DNA of 38,419 nt from Limnohabitans sp. (GTDB lineage: Bacteria > Pseudomonadota > Gammaproteobacteria > Burkholderiales > Burkholderiaceae_C). Of this stretch, positions 1 to 9,745 are shown piece after piece; position 1 is the stretch's first letter; each line of letters starts with the position of its first letter. The translations under genes were made by a program, and so were the position numbers. Where the stretch lies: the NCBI GenBank assembly GCA_041910735.1, contig JAYRQF010000018.1:1-38419 (forward strand), given 5' to 3'. The notes beneath the pieces were generated by a model that was not told where the DNA came from, did not search any database, and saw only the letters and a list, made by a program, of their open reading frames with translations.

Positions 1-830
1 CGTTCGGCGCCGCCAACTGGGCGGGACTTGGCGTGGTCGGCTGCGCCTGGGCCACGCTGGCCGTCAACACCCTGATGCTGCTGACCGGCCTGTGGCTGCT
101 GCGCACGCAGGATGTGTACCGGCCTTACCGGCTCTGGCAGCGCATGGAAAGACCCGATGCGGCACAACTCAGGCGTTTTTTGACTCTGGGTATCCCGGCT
201 GCCCTGACGATCATGGTGGAGGTCACCTCCTTCACCCTGATGGCCCTGTTCATTGCCCGGCTGGGTGAAGTGGCCCTGGCCAGCCACCAGATTGCTGCCA
301 GCATGGCGGCTGTGCTGTACATGGTGCCGCTGTCACTGGGCATTGCCACCAGTGCACGCGCCGGCTGGTGGATGGGCGCCGGCCAGCAGGCACGCGCACG
401 CAGGGCTGCACACACCGGACTGGCGATCGCAGGCGGCATGGCCGTGCTGTGCGCCGGGGCTTTGGCGCTGTCACGCCACGCGATTGCAGGCGCTTATGCC
501 AAAGACGCTGCCGTGGCCGCCGCTGCGGCCGCCTGGCTGGGCCTGGTGGCCTGGTACCACCTGGCCGACGCGCTGCAGGCTGTGTGCGTGTTCGCGCTGC
601 GCTGCTGGCGCGTGACCCTCTCGCCGCTGTTGATCTACACGGCGCTGCTCTGGGGACTGGGCCTGTACGGCGGCTACCTGTTGGCCTACGAGGGCCTGGG
701 CCCGTGGCCAGCCACCCCGTCGGTCAGGAGTTTCTGGTTGACCAGCAGCGTGGCACTGGCGGTGGTGACCGTGCTCTTGCTGGCCCGGCTGGAATGGGCC
801 ATGCGCCGTCCGGTTCAGTCTTCGCGCTGA
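1..830 (+). CDS. MATE family efflux transporter (NorM-like), 5'-truncated by the window edge
   Basis: Frame is open back to the window start. Polytopic hydrophobic protein with MATE motifs (LGIPAALTIMVEVTSF, LASHQIA, MVPLSLGIATS, ADALQAV). The 3' end overlaps the convergent phoR by 16 bp. Confidence 0.85.
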   Translation, partial: FGAANWAGLGVVGCAWATLAVNTLMLLTGLWLLRTQDVYRPYRLWQRMERPDAAQLRRFLTLGIPAALTIMVEVTSFTLMALFIARLGEVALASHQIAASMAAVLYMVPLSLGIATSARAGWWMGAGQQARARRAAHTGLAIAGGMAVLCAGALALSRHAIAGAYAKDAAVAAAAAAWLGLVAWYHLADALQAVCVFALRCWRVTLSPLLIYTALLWGLGLYGGYLLAYEGLGPWPATPSVRSFWLTSSVALAVVTVLLLARLEWAMRRPVQSSR

Positions 831-2137
831 ACGCGGCGGCTGACGGGCAAGACGAGCATGAAGGTTGAACCCACGCCGGCTTGGCTGTCGATGCGCAGGG
901 CACCACCGTGGCGCTGGGCCACATGCTTGGTGATCGCCAGGCCCAGGCCGGTGCCTCCGGTTTCGCGCGAGCGGCTGCGGTCCACCCGGTAAAAGCGCTC
1001 GGACAGACGCGGCAAATGCTCTGGCGCAATGCCCGGCCCGGTGTCGCGCACCGCCATCACCAGTTCACTGCCCTCTTCGCGCCAATCAACCTCGATGCGT
1101 CCCCCCGGCGGGGTGTAGCGCACCGCATTGCTGACCAGATTGGACACGGCACTGTGCAGTTCCGCACGCGAGCCCAGCAGCGTCCATGCAGGCGTGGGCG
1201 CGAACACCAGGGCATGCACGGGCGACCCGGTGTCGCCCTGCAGCGCCGACAGCGCCCGCGCATCGGCTTCGATCTGTGCCATGAAGGGGACCAGCTCCAC
1301 CTTCTCGGACGGGTTGGGGGGCGGACTGCCTTCAAGTTGCGACAGCGTCAGCAGGTCACTGACCAGGGTCTGCATGCGGCTGGCCTGCACGGACATCAGC
1401 CCCAGGTAATGCTGTTGCTGCTCAGGCGCCAGCGGCAGGCTTTGCAGGGTTTCCACAAAACCGGCCAGCACCGTCAAAGGCGTGCGGATTTCATGGGACA
1501 CATTGGCCACAAAGTCGCGGCGCATGTTGTCGGCCTGGGTCAGCGCGGTGATGTCGCGCGTGAGCAGCAGCTGCTGGCCATCGCCATAGGGGTAGAGCTG
1601 GACCGAAAGTCTACGCTGCTGGCTGATCGATACCGAACGGCCATCCATCTGCACCTCGCCCTCGTGGGAGGGTTGATGGAAATAGCGCGAAAACACCGGG
1701 TCGCGCACCAGATGCACCACATGCTGGCCCATGTCACGCTGCGCATCCAGCCCCAGATGCTGGCTGGCCGCGCTGTTGCACCATTCGATGCGTCCTTCTC
1801 TGTCCAGCAGGGTCACGCCGTTGGGCGAGGCCTGGATCGCTTGCAGATACCGTTGCAGGCGCTCGGCATGGGTCTGAACCTCGCGCTCGCGCTGGTTCAA
1901 CACGCGGCGAATGCGGTCAGACACCTCACGCCACAAACCCGCCAGCCGGGGTGGGTCGCCCTCAGGCCCGGCGCGAAACCACGCTTCCAGACGGTGCGCG
2001 CGCCACAACTGCTGCAGCGCCCACACCATAGCCCCCAGCCAGCCCCCCAGTCCGGCCGTCCATGCGCCATCCACCCACCAGCCGGCCAGTGCGCCGAGCA
2101 GGCTCCAGAGCAGGAAACCGGTGAGGTAAATGAACAT
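815..2137 (-). CDS. phoR: Phosphate regulon sensor histidine kinase PhoR
   Basis: N-terminal TM segments, PAS region, H-box FVANVSHEIRTPLTV, N-box NLVSNAVRYT, G-boxes DTGPGI and GGTGLGLAI, ERFYRVD. Directly follows phoB. Confidence 0.97.
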   Translation of the reverse strand: MFIYLTGFLLWSLLGALAGWWVDGAWTAGLGGWLGAMVWALQQLWRAHRLEAWFRAGPEGDPPRLAGLWREVSDRIRRVLNQREREVQTHAERLQRYLQAIQASPNGVTLLDREGRIEWCNSAASQHLGLDAQRDMGQHVVHLVRDPVFSRYFHQPSHEGEVQMDGRSVSISQQRRLSVQLYPYGDGQQLLLTRDITALTQADNMRRDFVANVSHEIRTPLTVLAGFVETLQSLPLAPEQQQHYLGLMSVQASRMQTLVSDLLTLSQLEGSPPPNPSEKVELVPFMAQIEADARALSALQGDTGSPVHALVFAPTPAWTLLGSRAELHSAVSNLVSNAVRYTPPGGRIEVDWREEGSELVMAVRDTGPGIAPEHLPRLSERFYRVDRSRSRETGGTGLGLAITKHVAQRHGGALRIDSQAGVGSTFMLVLPVSRRVQRED

Positions 2138-2140
2138 GGC

Positions 2141-2836
2141 TCAGGCCGCAGGAGACGCTGTCAGGCGGTAACCTGCACCGCGCACGGTTTCGATCATCTT
2201 GCCAGCGTCACCCAGAGCTTCGCGCAGGCGTTTGACATGCACATCCACCGTGCGTTCTTCAATGTAGACGTGGTCGCCCCAGACTTTGTCAAGCAGGGAG
2301 CCACGGCTGTGCACACGCTCCGGGTGGCGCATGAAGAACTGCAGCAACTTGAATTCGGTCGGACCGACTTTCAGCGGCTGCTCCTGCCAGCTCACCCGGT
2401 AGGTGTCGGCATCCAGACTCAGAGGCCCAACGGCCACCACCCCTCCCGACTGCTCCGGCGCGCGGCGGCGCAGCACGGCACGGATGCGGGCCAGCAGCTC
2501 GCGCGGTGAAAACGGCTTGACGATGTAGTCGTCGGCACCGGCGTCCAGCCCCGCCACCCGGTCGGGTTCGTCACCCCGTGCGGTGATCATCAGGATCGGC
2601 ACCTGTTGGGTCCGCGGGTGACCACGCCAGCGCCGGGCCAGACTCAAGCCACTTTCCCCGGGCAGCATCCAGTCGAGCAGGATGGCATCGGGCAACACAT
2701 CGTCGAGTTCTTTCTGGGCCGTCACGGCATCCATCGCCCACACCGGCTGAAAGCCGTTGTGGCGCAGGTTCACCGCCATCAACTCGGCAATCGCCGGCTC
2801 GTCCTCAACGATCAGGATCCTGGGCTGGTTTCTCAT
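2141..2836 (-). CDS. phoB: Phosphate regulon response regulator PhoB
   Basis: Receiver domain (ILIVEDE, LLDWMLPGESG, GADDYIVKPFS) plus OmpR-type winged helix (VWGDHVYIEERTVDVHVKRLR, ETVRGAGY). Start overlaps the phoU stop. Confidence 0.98.
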   Translation of the reverse strand: MRNQPRILIVEDEPAIAELMAVNLRHNGFQPVWAMDAVTAQKELDDVLPDAILLDWMLPGESGLSLARRWRGHPRTQQVPILMITARGDEPDRVAGLDAGADDYIVKPFSPRELLARIRAVLRRRAPEQSGGVVAVGPLSLDADTYRVSWQEQPLKVGPTEFKLLQFFMRHPERVHSRGSLLDKVWGDHVYIEERTVDVHVKRLREALGDAGKMIETVRGAGYRLTASPAA

Positions 2837-3531
2837 TTCACGGCAGATTCGATGTCAACCATGGCCGTGTGGCGCACGTCCGCGCCCTTGACCACGTAGA
2901 TGATGAATTCGGCGATGTTCTTGGCGTGGTCACCGATGCGTTCAATGGCCTTGGCCACGAACAACAGATCCAGGCTGGCCGAAATCGTGCGCGGGTCTTC
3001 CATCATGTAGGTGACCAGCTTGCGCAGGAAGCCGTCGAACTCGGCATCGATCAGGTCGTCTTCTTTCAGGATCACCAGCGCGGTCTGCACATCCAGACGG
3101 GCAAAGGCGTCCAGCGCCTTGCGCAGCAGGCCAGACGCCATGTCGGCAGCGATGCGCAGCTCGGACGCCGGCAGAGAGCGGGTGATGCCCTGGTCCACGA
3201 TCAGTTTGACCATGCGGGCGATGCGCTCGGACTCGTCGCCCGCGCGCTCCAGGTTGCCGGTGATCTTGGACATGGCCATCAACAGGCGCAGGTCGCGTGC
3301 GGTCGGCTGGCGGCGGGCGATGATCGAGGAGAGTTCGTGGTCGATCTCGACTTCCATGGCGTTGACCTGCTTTTCGGTGGCCACCACCTGATCGGCGACT
3401 TCGACGCTGAACTGCGACAGGGCATAAACCGCATGGCGGATCTGCGACTCGACCAGGCCGCCGAGTTCGAGCACGCGCGAAGAAACGCCGGCAAGTTCTG
3501 CGTCAAACTGGCTGGAGATGTGCTTTTCCAT
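2833..3531 (-). CDS. phoU: Phosphate signalling complex protein PhoU
   Basis: KHISSQFDAEL, ARRQPTARDLR, LERAGD, IERIGDHAKNIAE, GADVRH motifs. Confidence 0.97.
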   Translation of the reverse strand: MEKHISSQFDAELAGVSSRVLELGGLVESQIRHAVYALSQFSVEVADQVVATEKQVNAMEVEIDHELSSIIARRQPTARDLRLLMAMSKITGNLERAGDESERIARMVKLIVDQGITRSLPASELRIAADMASGLLRKALDAFARLDVQTALVILKEDDLIDAEFDGFLRKLVTYMMEDPRTISASLDLLFVAKAIERIGDHAKNIAEFIIYVVKGADVRHTAMVDIESAVK

Positions 3532-3553
3532 ATCAAACCCTTTTTTAATCAGT

Positions 3554-3712
3554 TGGGGACAGAGCTGAAGATCTGTCCCACAAGGTCATTCGGCTGGGGA
3601 CAGAGCTGAAGATCTGCCCCACAAGGTCATTCGGCTGGGGACAGAGCTGAAGATCTGCCCCACAAGGTCATTCGGCTGGGGACAGAGCTGAAAATCTGTC
3701 CCGCAATGTCAT
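3554..3712. repeat. Four tandem 41-bp palindromic units (REP/BIME-like)
   Basis: Unit TGGGGACAGAGCTGAAGATCTG(T/C)CCCACAAGGTCATTCGGC starts at 3554, 3595, 3636 and 3677 (the last is degenerate). Each unit holds the inverted repeat GGGACAGA-N8-TCTG(T/C)CCC. Confidence 0.95.
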
Positions 3713-3720
3713 CTGTATGA

Positions 3721-4509
3721 TCAACCAAAACGGCCGGTGATGTAGTCTTCGGTTTCCTGTCGGGCAGGTTTCATGAAGATCTGCTCGGTCTGGCCGAATT
3801 CGATCAGCTCCCCCAGATACATGTAGGCGGTGTAGTCCGACACCCGGGCCGCCTGCTGCATGTTGTGCGTGACGATGGCCACGGTGTAGTCTTTCTTGAG
3901 CTCGTGGACCAGTTCTTCCACCTTGGCGGTGGAAATCGGGTCCAGTGCGGAGGTCGGCTCATCCAGCAGGATGACCTTGGGCTTGACCGCCACGGTACGT
4001 GCAATGCACAGGCGCTGCTGCTGACCACCCGACAGCGACAGGCCGCTCTGGCCCAGCTTGTCCTTCACCTCGTTCCAGATGGCGGCCTTGCTCAGCGCCC
4101 ACTCCACGCGGTCGTCCATCTCGGAGCGGCTCAGGTTCTCGTAGAGCTTCACACCAAAGGCGATGTTGTCGTAAATCGACATCGGGAAAGGCGTTGGCTT
4201 CTGGAACACCATGCCGACGCGGGCGCGCAGCAGGTTCAAGTCCTGTTTGGTATCCAATACGTTCTCACCATACAGGTTGATCTGGCCCTCGGCGCGCTGG
4301 CCGGGGTACAGGCTGTACATGCGGTTGAGCGTGCGCAGCAGTGTGGATTTGCCGCAACCCGAAGGGCCAATGAAGGCCGTCACCTTGTGTTCGGCGATAT
4401 CAAGGTTGATGCCTTTGAGGCCCTTGAAGGTTCCATAAAAGAAATCGAGACCGCGGATTTCGATCGCGTTTTTCACGCCGGAGGGCGTCAGGGTGTTCGC
4501 AATGTTCAT
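3721..4509 (-). CDS. pstB: Phosphate ABC transporter ATP-binding protein PstB
   Basis: Walker [25 protein letters not shown], signature [13 protein letters not shown], Walker [13 protein letters not shown]-terminal YITGRFG. Confidence 0.98.
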   Translation of the reverse strand: MNIANTLTPSGVKNAIEIRGLDFFYGTFKGLKGINLDIAEHKVTAFIGPSGCGKSTLLRTLNRMYSLYPGQRAEGQINLYGENVLDTKQDLNLLRARVGMVFQKPTPFPMSIYDNIAFGVKLYENLSRSEMDDRVEWALSKAAIWNEVKDKLGQSGLSLSGGQQQRLCIARTVAVKPKVILLDEPTSALDPISTAKVEELVHELKKDYTVAIVTHNMQQAARVSDYTAYMYLGELIEFGQTEQIFMKPARQETEDYITGRFG

Positions 4510-4533
4510 GGTGTTGTTGGGCAGAGGTTGTGA

Positions 4534-5382
4534 TCAGCGTGCCGTCTGGTCACGGAAGAACACGCGGGCAATGATGTTGAGGACCAGCACCGTCAGGGTG
4601 ATCAGCAGCGCGCCACCCCAGGCCAGCCGGATCCAGTTGTCGTAGGGACTCATGGCGAACTGGAAGATCACCACCGGCAGGTTAGCCATGGGGGCGTTCA
4701 TGTTGGTCGAGAAAAACTGGTTGTTGAGCGCCGTGAACAGCAGCGGCGCGGTCTCACCGCTGATGCGGGCCAGCGCCAGCAGCAGGCCGGTCATCACACC
4801 GGCTTTGGCCGCACGCAGGGTCACAAAAGTGGCCACCTTCCAGCGCGGCGCGCCCAGGGCGAAAGCGGCTTCGCGCAGGCTGCCGGGCACCAGACGCAAC
4901 ATGTTCTCGGTGGTGCGCACCACCACCGGAATGGCGATCAGCGACAGGGCCATGGTGCCGGCCCAGCCCGAGAAGTGTTTGACCTGCGCCACCAGAATGG
5001 CGTAGACGAACAGACCCAGCACGATCGAGGGCGCCGACAGCATGATGTCGGTCACAAAGCGCGTGAGGCTGGCGGTCTTGCTCTGGTCACCGTATTCGGC
5101 CAGGTACACCCCGGCAAAAATGCCGATCGGCGTGCTGACCAGCGCGGTCAACACCACCATCAGCAGGCTGCCGACAATGGCGTTGGCCAGGCCGCCGCCC
5201 TCGGACCCGGGGGCCGGCGTGGATTCGGTGAACATGGCCCAGTCGATCGCAGAAAAGCCGTTCTTGAACAGCACGATCAGGATCCAGAGCAACACGACCA
5301 GGCCCAGAGCCATGGCGCCCATGGAGAGCGTCAGGCCGATGCGGTTGGCCAGCTTGCGGCGGCGGTAAATGGCGAGATCCAT
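4534..5382 (-). CDS. pstA: Phosphate ABC transporter permease PstA
   Basis: [48 protein letters not shown]. Start chosen at ATG 5382 (MDLAIYRRR), preceded by an AGAGGA RBS. Confidence 0.96.
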   Translation of the reverse strand: MDLAIYRRRKLANRIGLTLSMGAMALGLVVLLWILIVLFKNGFSAIDWAMFTESTPAPGSEGGGLANAIVGSLLMVVLTALVSTPIGIFAGVYLAEYGDQSKTASLTRFVTDIMLSAPSIVLGLFVYAILVAQVKHFSGWAGTMALSLIAIPVVVRTTENMLRLVPGSLREAAFALGAPRWKVATFVTLRAAKAGVMTGLLLALARISGETAPLLFTALNNQFFSTNMNAPMANLPVVIFQFAMSPYDNWIRLAWGGALLITLTVLVLNIIARVFFRDQTAR

Positions 5383-5395
5383 GACAGATGTCCTC

Positions 5396-6388
5396 TCAGG
5401 TCTTGCTGCCCTTGGCTTTTTCGCCACGGGCAATCAGGAGTTTGGCCAAGGCCAGCACCACAAAGGTGATGACGAACAGCAACAGGCCAAGCGAGAACAG
5501 GGCCGACATGTGCAGGTCGGCTGCCTCGCCAAATTCGTTGGCCAGCGTGGAGGCAATCGACGATCCGGGCGAGAACAGCGATCCGGTGATGCGCTGCGAG
5601 TTGCCGATCACAAAAGTCACGGCCATGGTTTCGCCCAGAGCTCGGCCCAGCCCCAGCATCACGCCACCGATCACGCCTTTTTGGGTATAGGGCAGAACGA
5701 TGTGGCGCACCACTTCCCAAGTGGTGCAGCCCAGACCGTAAGCAGATTCGCGCAGCACCGGCGGCACGATTTCGAACACGTCGCGCATCACGGCCGCGAT
5801 GAAGGGCAGGATCATGAAAGCCAGCACGATGCCGGCAGCCAGGATGCCGATGCCGTTCATGGCACCACCGAACAGCGTGCCAATGATGGGCATCTGTCCC
5901 AGCGTGGACTGCAGCGCCGGCTGGCCGTACTCGGCAAACAGCGGCGCAAAAATGAACAGGCCGAACATGCCATAGATGATGGACGGCACGGCCGCCAGCA
6001 ACTCGATGGCGGTACCCAGCGGACGGCGCAGGGCCACCGGGCAGTTTTCGGTCAGAAACAGGGCGATGCCAAAAGACAGCGGCACCGCAATCAGCAAGGC
6101 AATGGCCGCACTGATGACGGTCCCAAAAATGGCGATCGCGGCACCGAACTCTTCATTGACGATGTCCCATTCAACACGCCAGATGAAGTTCAGGCCAAAT
6201 TTGGAGAGTGCCGGCCAGGCCGCAATGACCAGCGAGGCGATGATCCCCAACAGGGCCACCAGCACCAGCATCGAGAACAGCCAGGTGATCTTGTGGAAGA
6301 AAAAATCCTGCAGACGCTGACGCCTGACCACGGCCATGACCTGCGCTTCGGCAGATGCATCGGCGGGTGAGGGAGTGGTCGTGCTCAT
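5396..6388 (-). CDS. pstC: Phosphate ABC transporter permease PstC
   Basis: [53 protein letters not shown]. Start chosen at ATG 6388 (MSTTTP), preceded by an AAGGA RBS. Confidence 0.96.
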   Translation of the reverse strand: MSTTTPSPADASAEAQVMAVVRRQRLQDFFFHKITWLFSMLVLVALLGIIASLVIAAWPALSKFGLNFIWRVEWDIVNEEFGAAIAIFGTVISAAIALLIAVPLSFGIALFLTENCPVALRRPLGTAIELLAAVPSIIYGMFGLFIFAPLFAEYGQPALQSTLGQMPIIGTLFGGAMNGIGILAAGIVLAFMILPFIAAVMRDVFEIVPPVLRESAYGLGCTTWEVVRHIVLPYTQKGVIGGVMLGLGRALGETMAVTFVIGNSQRITGSLFSPGSSIASTLANEFGEAADLHMSALFSLGLLLFVITFVVLALAKLLIARGEKAKGSKT

Positions 6389-6446
6389 GTCGATTCCTTG
6401 GGTAATGGCTTGGGCGTTTGGCATCCCCGCCTCTCTTTCGCTTGAA

Positions 6447-6478
6447 ACGGCCCCGGACCATGAAGGTCCCGGGGCCGT
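6447..6478 (-). terminator. GC-rich hairpin between pstS and pstC (partial terminator or mRNA-stabilising stem)
   Basis: ACGGCCCCGGACC-ATGAA-GGTCC(C)GGGGCCGT stem with one bulge, followed on the minus strand by a short T run. Confidence 0.6.
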
Positions 6479-6498
6479 GGGTGATCAGAGGCGATCGG

Positions 6499-7515
6499 TC
6501 AGTGCTTGATCTGCGACCAGACCTTCTGGCGGATCTGGGCAGTCAGGGCATCCGGCAGCGGCACGTAGTCCAGCTCGGAAGCCATCTGCTTGCCATTCTT
6601 GAAGGCCCAGTCGAAGAACTTGATCACTTCCTGCGAAGCGGCCTTGTCTGCCGGCTCCTTGTACATCAGGATGAAAGACGCGGTGCTGATGGGCCAGCTG
6701 GTAGCGCCCTTGGCATTCACCATGGAGACGCCCATGCCCGGCACACTGAACCAGTCGGCGCCAGCAGCGGCTGCAGCGAAAGTCAGGTCATCGGGGCTGA
6801 CGAACTTGCCATCCGCGTTTTGCAGCTGCAGGAAGTTCATGTTGTTCTTCTTGACGTAAGCGTACTCGACATAGCCGATGGCGCCCTTGACGCGGTTGAC
6901 GTTGGCGGCAACGCCTTCGTTGCCCTTGCCACCCACGGAAGAAGCGGCCGGCCACTTGACGGCAGCACCCTTGCCCACCTTGTCAGCCCAATCCTTGCTG
7001 ATGGCGCTCAGGTAGTCGGTGAAGTTGAAAGTGGTGCCGGAACCGTCAGCGCGGTGCACCACGGTGATGGCTTCGTCAGGCAGTTTCTTGCCGGGGTTGA
7101 GGGCAGCCAGCCTGGCGTCGTTCCACTTGGCGATCGTGCCCATGTAGACCTCGGCCAGCACAGGGCCGGAGATGCGCAGTTCGCCCGGCTTGAAACCTTC
7201 CAGGTTCACCACCGGCACCGTGCCACCGATGATGGCCGGGAACTGCACCATGCCGTCCTTGTCCAGCTCTTCGCCCTTGACCGGCGCATCAGATGCACCA
7301 AAAGTCACGGTCTTGGCACGGATCTGCTTGAGGCCACCGGAAGAACCAATGGACTGGTAGTTCAGGCCGTTGCCGGTCTGCTTCTTGTAGGCCTCGGCCC
7401 ACTTGGCGTAGATCGGGTACGGGAAGGTGGCACCGGCGCCGGTGATGTCGGCCGCAAAGGCGGTCAGGGCGGCTGCGCCAAAACCGACAACGGCGAGCAG
7501 AGATTTCAGTTTCAT
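6499..7515 (-). CDS. pstS: Phosphate ABC transporter substrate-binding protein PstS
   Basis: Signal peptide, ITGAGATFPYPIY, YQSIGSSGG, FGASDAP, HRADGSGTT, GAIGYVEYAY. ATG 7515 is preceded by a CAGGAG RBS. Confidence 0.98.
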   Translation of the reverse strand: MKLKSLLAVVGFGAAALTAFAADITGAGATFPYPIYAKWAEAYKKQTGNGLNYQSIGSSGGLKQIRAKTVTFGASDAPVKGEELDKDGMVQFPAIIGGTVPVVNLEGFKPGELRISGPVLAEVYMGTIAKWNDARLAALNPGKKLPDEAITVVHRADGSGTTFNFTDYLSAISKDWADKVGKGAAVKWPAASSVGGKGNEGVAANVNRVKGAIGYVEYAYVKKNNMNFLQLQNADGKFVSPDDLTFAAAAAGADWFSVPGMGVSMVNAKGATSWPISTASFILMYKEPADKAASQEVIKFFDWAFKNGKQMASELDYVPLPDALTAQIRQKVWSQIKH

Positions 7516-7610
7516 GAGAGCTCCTGTTTGAAACACAAGGAAGGAATCCGGGCCTGCCCCGTCCCGGGCACGGGTTGGGATCAGGGTCTGACTTCAGACA
7601 AAAGCACTTT

Positions 7611-7628
7611 ATGGCGCAATTGTGACAA
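7611..7628 (-). promoter_or_regulatory. Pho box upstream of pstS
   Basis: Minus strand TTGTCACaattgcGCCAT: two half-sites 11 bp apart. No clear -10 hexamer at the 10-nt spacing. Confidence 0.7.
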
Positions 7629-7683
7629 ACGTGTGTCACAACCTGATTTCCTCAGGATTTTCAATGACCAAAAGTACACGATT

Positions 7684-7717
7684 CCTTCAACAAATCGTCA
7701 TATTCCCCGGGCATGCT
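7684..7717 (+). promoter_or_regulatory. Pho box plus -10 upstream of phoX
   Basis: TTCAA(7686)caaatcGTCAT(7697), then 10 nt, then CATGCT (7712-7717). Confidence 0.65.
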
Positions 7718-7743
7718 GTTTGCCCAACATGGAACTGCAGCAC

Positions 7744-9699
7744 ATGACCACCCCACACTTCGACTCCGAAGACCTGCCCACCAACACCAGCGCCAACGAA
7801 CACATACAGAGCGTCGTGGACCGCGCAGTCAGCCGTCGCGGCTTTCTGAAAATGGGCAGCGGCGCTGCCGCGGCCAGTTTCCTGGCCGGTCCACTGGCCG
7901 GCTGCGCCAGCCCTGGTCAGCCATCCGCACCTCTGATGGGCTTCAAACCGGTAGCCACCTCCACGGCAGACACCGTGGTGGTGGCCGAGGGCTACACCGC
8001 CACCCCCTTTGTGTCTTGGGGCACGCCCCTGTTTTCCTCTGGCGCCGGTTCCAGCTGGAAGGGCGATGGCAGCGAAACCGCCGCCGACCAGGCCCGCCAG
8101 GTGGGCGACAACCACGACGGCATGCATTTCTTCCCGATCGATGGCCGCTCCAGCACGGAAGGCCTGCTGGTCATGAACCATGAATACGACACCGTGGTCA
8201 AAGGCCAGTACATCACCCTGTTCGGCATGCCCGCAGCCACCGCCAACACGCTGGACCGCGTGAACAAAGCGATCAATGCCTGGGGCTGCTCGGTCATCCA
8301 CATCCGCAAGAACGCAGCTGGTCAGTGGGCCGTGGTACTCGACTCAAAGTACAACCGCCGCATCACCAGCGCCAGCCCCATGGAGCTGACCGGCCCTGCG
8401 GCCGGCGACAACCTGCTGAAGACCCGGGCAGACGCCAGCGGAAAACGTGTACTGGGCACCATCAACAACTGCGGCAATGGTTTCACCCCTTGGGGCACCT
8501 ACCTGACCTGCGAGGAGAACTTCAACAACAACTTCGGCACCACCATCGAGCCCAGGGTGGATGGCCGCAGCGCTGCACAAAAGCGCTACGGCATCACGGC
8601 CGGCACCTCTGAATACGGCTGGGAAACCTGGCACGAGCGCTTCGATTACAAAAAGGAACCCAACGAGTCCAACCGCTTTGGCTGGATCGTCGAGATCGAT
8701 CCTTTTGACCCGCTCTCCACACCCAAAAAGCGAACAGCACTGGGCCGCTTCAAGCACGAAAGCGCTGCGTGGAACTTCACCAGGGACAAGCGCGTGGTGG
8801 TCTACATGGGCGACGACCAGGCCAACGACTACATCTACAAATTCGTCTCCGACAAACCTTATGTGGAAGGCAACAAAGCTGCCAACAGCACGCTGCTTGA
8901 CTCCGGCAAGCTGTATGTGGCGCGCTTTGACAACGGGGCGACCACCGGTGACTTCATGGGTACCGGCGAATGGTTGTTGCTCGACAAAAACGTCAACCCC
9001 ACGCTCAAAGCCGACGCCAGCTTCCCGAACCAGGCCGCCGTATTGATCCATGCCCGACTGGCCGCCGACAAACTCGGCGCCACCAAGATGGATCGGCCGG
9101 AATGGGTGACGGTGCACCCGGTCACCGGCGAGGTCTACGGAACCATGACCAACAACGCCACACGCATCGCCACCGACGACGCCAACCCGCGCGAGAAAAA
9201 CGTGTACGGCCAGATCATCCGCTGGCGTGAAGCCGGTGGCGACGCCGCAGCCACCCGCTTTCAGTGGGACATCTTCGTGCTGGCGGGCAACCCGACCGTA
9301 CCGGCCAATCAGGGCAGCCTCAAAACCGGGTCGGTCAACGTCAATGCTGACAACACCTTCAACAGCCCCGATGGTCTGGCCTTTGACCGTTTCGGTCGCC
9401 TCTGGATCCAGACCGATGGCAATTACAGCAACGCAGGTGACTTTGCCGGTCAGGGCAACAACAGCATGCTCTGCGCCGATCCGCAAACACGTGAAATCCG
9501 CCGCTTTCTGGTGGGCCCCAAAGAGTGCGAGGTCACTGGCATCGCCTTCGCGCCAGACCATCGGACGATGTTCGTGAACATCCAGCACCCCGGCGAAAGC
9601 GGAAAGGGTACGAGCCACTGGCCCGAAGGCGGCAACGCCATACCGCGCTCGGCCACCGTCATCGTCACCAAAAACGACGGCGGTGTCATCAGTAGCTGA
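7744..9699 (+). CDS. phoX: PhoX-family alkaline phosphatase, Tat-exported lipoprotein
   Basis: Tat motif SRRGFLK, lipobox LAGC, PhoX motifs NHDG, NHEY, NNCG, TCEEN, GRFKHE, MDRPE, SPDGL, QTDG, CEVTG, NIQHPG. The ORF track's start at 6418 is an artefact. An alternative start is ATG 7729. Confidence 0.95.
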   Translation: MTTPHFDSEDLPTNTSANEHIQSVVDRAVSRRGFLKMGSGAAAASFLAGPLAGCASPGQPSAPLMGFKPVATSTADTVVVAEGYTATPFVSWGTPLFSSGAGSSWKGDGSETAADQARQVGDNHDGMHFFPIDGRSSTEGLLVMNHEYDTVVKGQYITLFGMPAATANTLDRVNKAINAWGCSVIHIRKNAAGQWAVVLDSKYNRRITSASPMELTGPAAGDNLLKTRADASGKRVLGTINNCGNGFTPWGTYLTCEENFNNNFGTTIEPRVDGRSAAQKRYGITAGTSEYGWETWHERFDYKKEPNESNRFGWIVEIDPFDPLSTPKKRTALGRFKHESAAWNFTRDKRVVVYMGDDQANDYIYKFVSDKPYVEGNKAANSTLLDSGKLYVARFDNGATTGDFMGTGEWLLLDKNVNPTLKADASFPNQAAVLIHARLAADKLGATKMDRPEWVTVHPVTGEVYGTMTNNATRIATDDANPREKNVYGQIIRWREAGGDAAATRFQWDIFVLAGNPTVPANQGSLKTGSVNVNADNTFNSPDGLAFDRFGRLWIQTDGNYSNAGDFAGQGNNSMLCADPQTREIRRFLVGPKECEVTGIAFAPDHRTMFVNIQHPGESGKGTSHWPEGGNAIPRSATVIVTKNDGGVISS

Positions 9700-9704
9700 T
9701 ACCT

Positions 9705-9738
9705 TTGACACATTGCCGTCACACGAGGCCGGCATGCT
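9705..9738 (+). promoter_or_regulatory. Pho box plus -10 upstream of ppk2
   Basis: GACAC(9707)attgccGTCAC(9718), then 10 nt, then CATGCT (9733-9738). Confidence 0.65.
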
Positions 9739-9745
9739 TTTGACC

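Noticed and set aside
881-2509. Long antisense ORFs (also 8344-9768, 19180-21021, 21747-23429, 33683-35278, 35332-36735)
   Set aside because: These are shadow frames opposite well-supported genes, expected from high-GC codon bias, and they carry no recognisable motifs.
3554-3712. Possible mini CRISPR array
   Set aside because: The units are contiguous and near-identical with no unique spacers, and there are no cas genes in the window.
6418-9699. 1093-aa ORF suggesting a giant PhoX fusion
   Set aside because: The first ~440 aa are the antisense frame of pstS plus promoter DNA. The Pho box, -10 and Tat signal place the true start near 7744.
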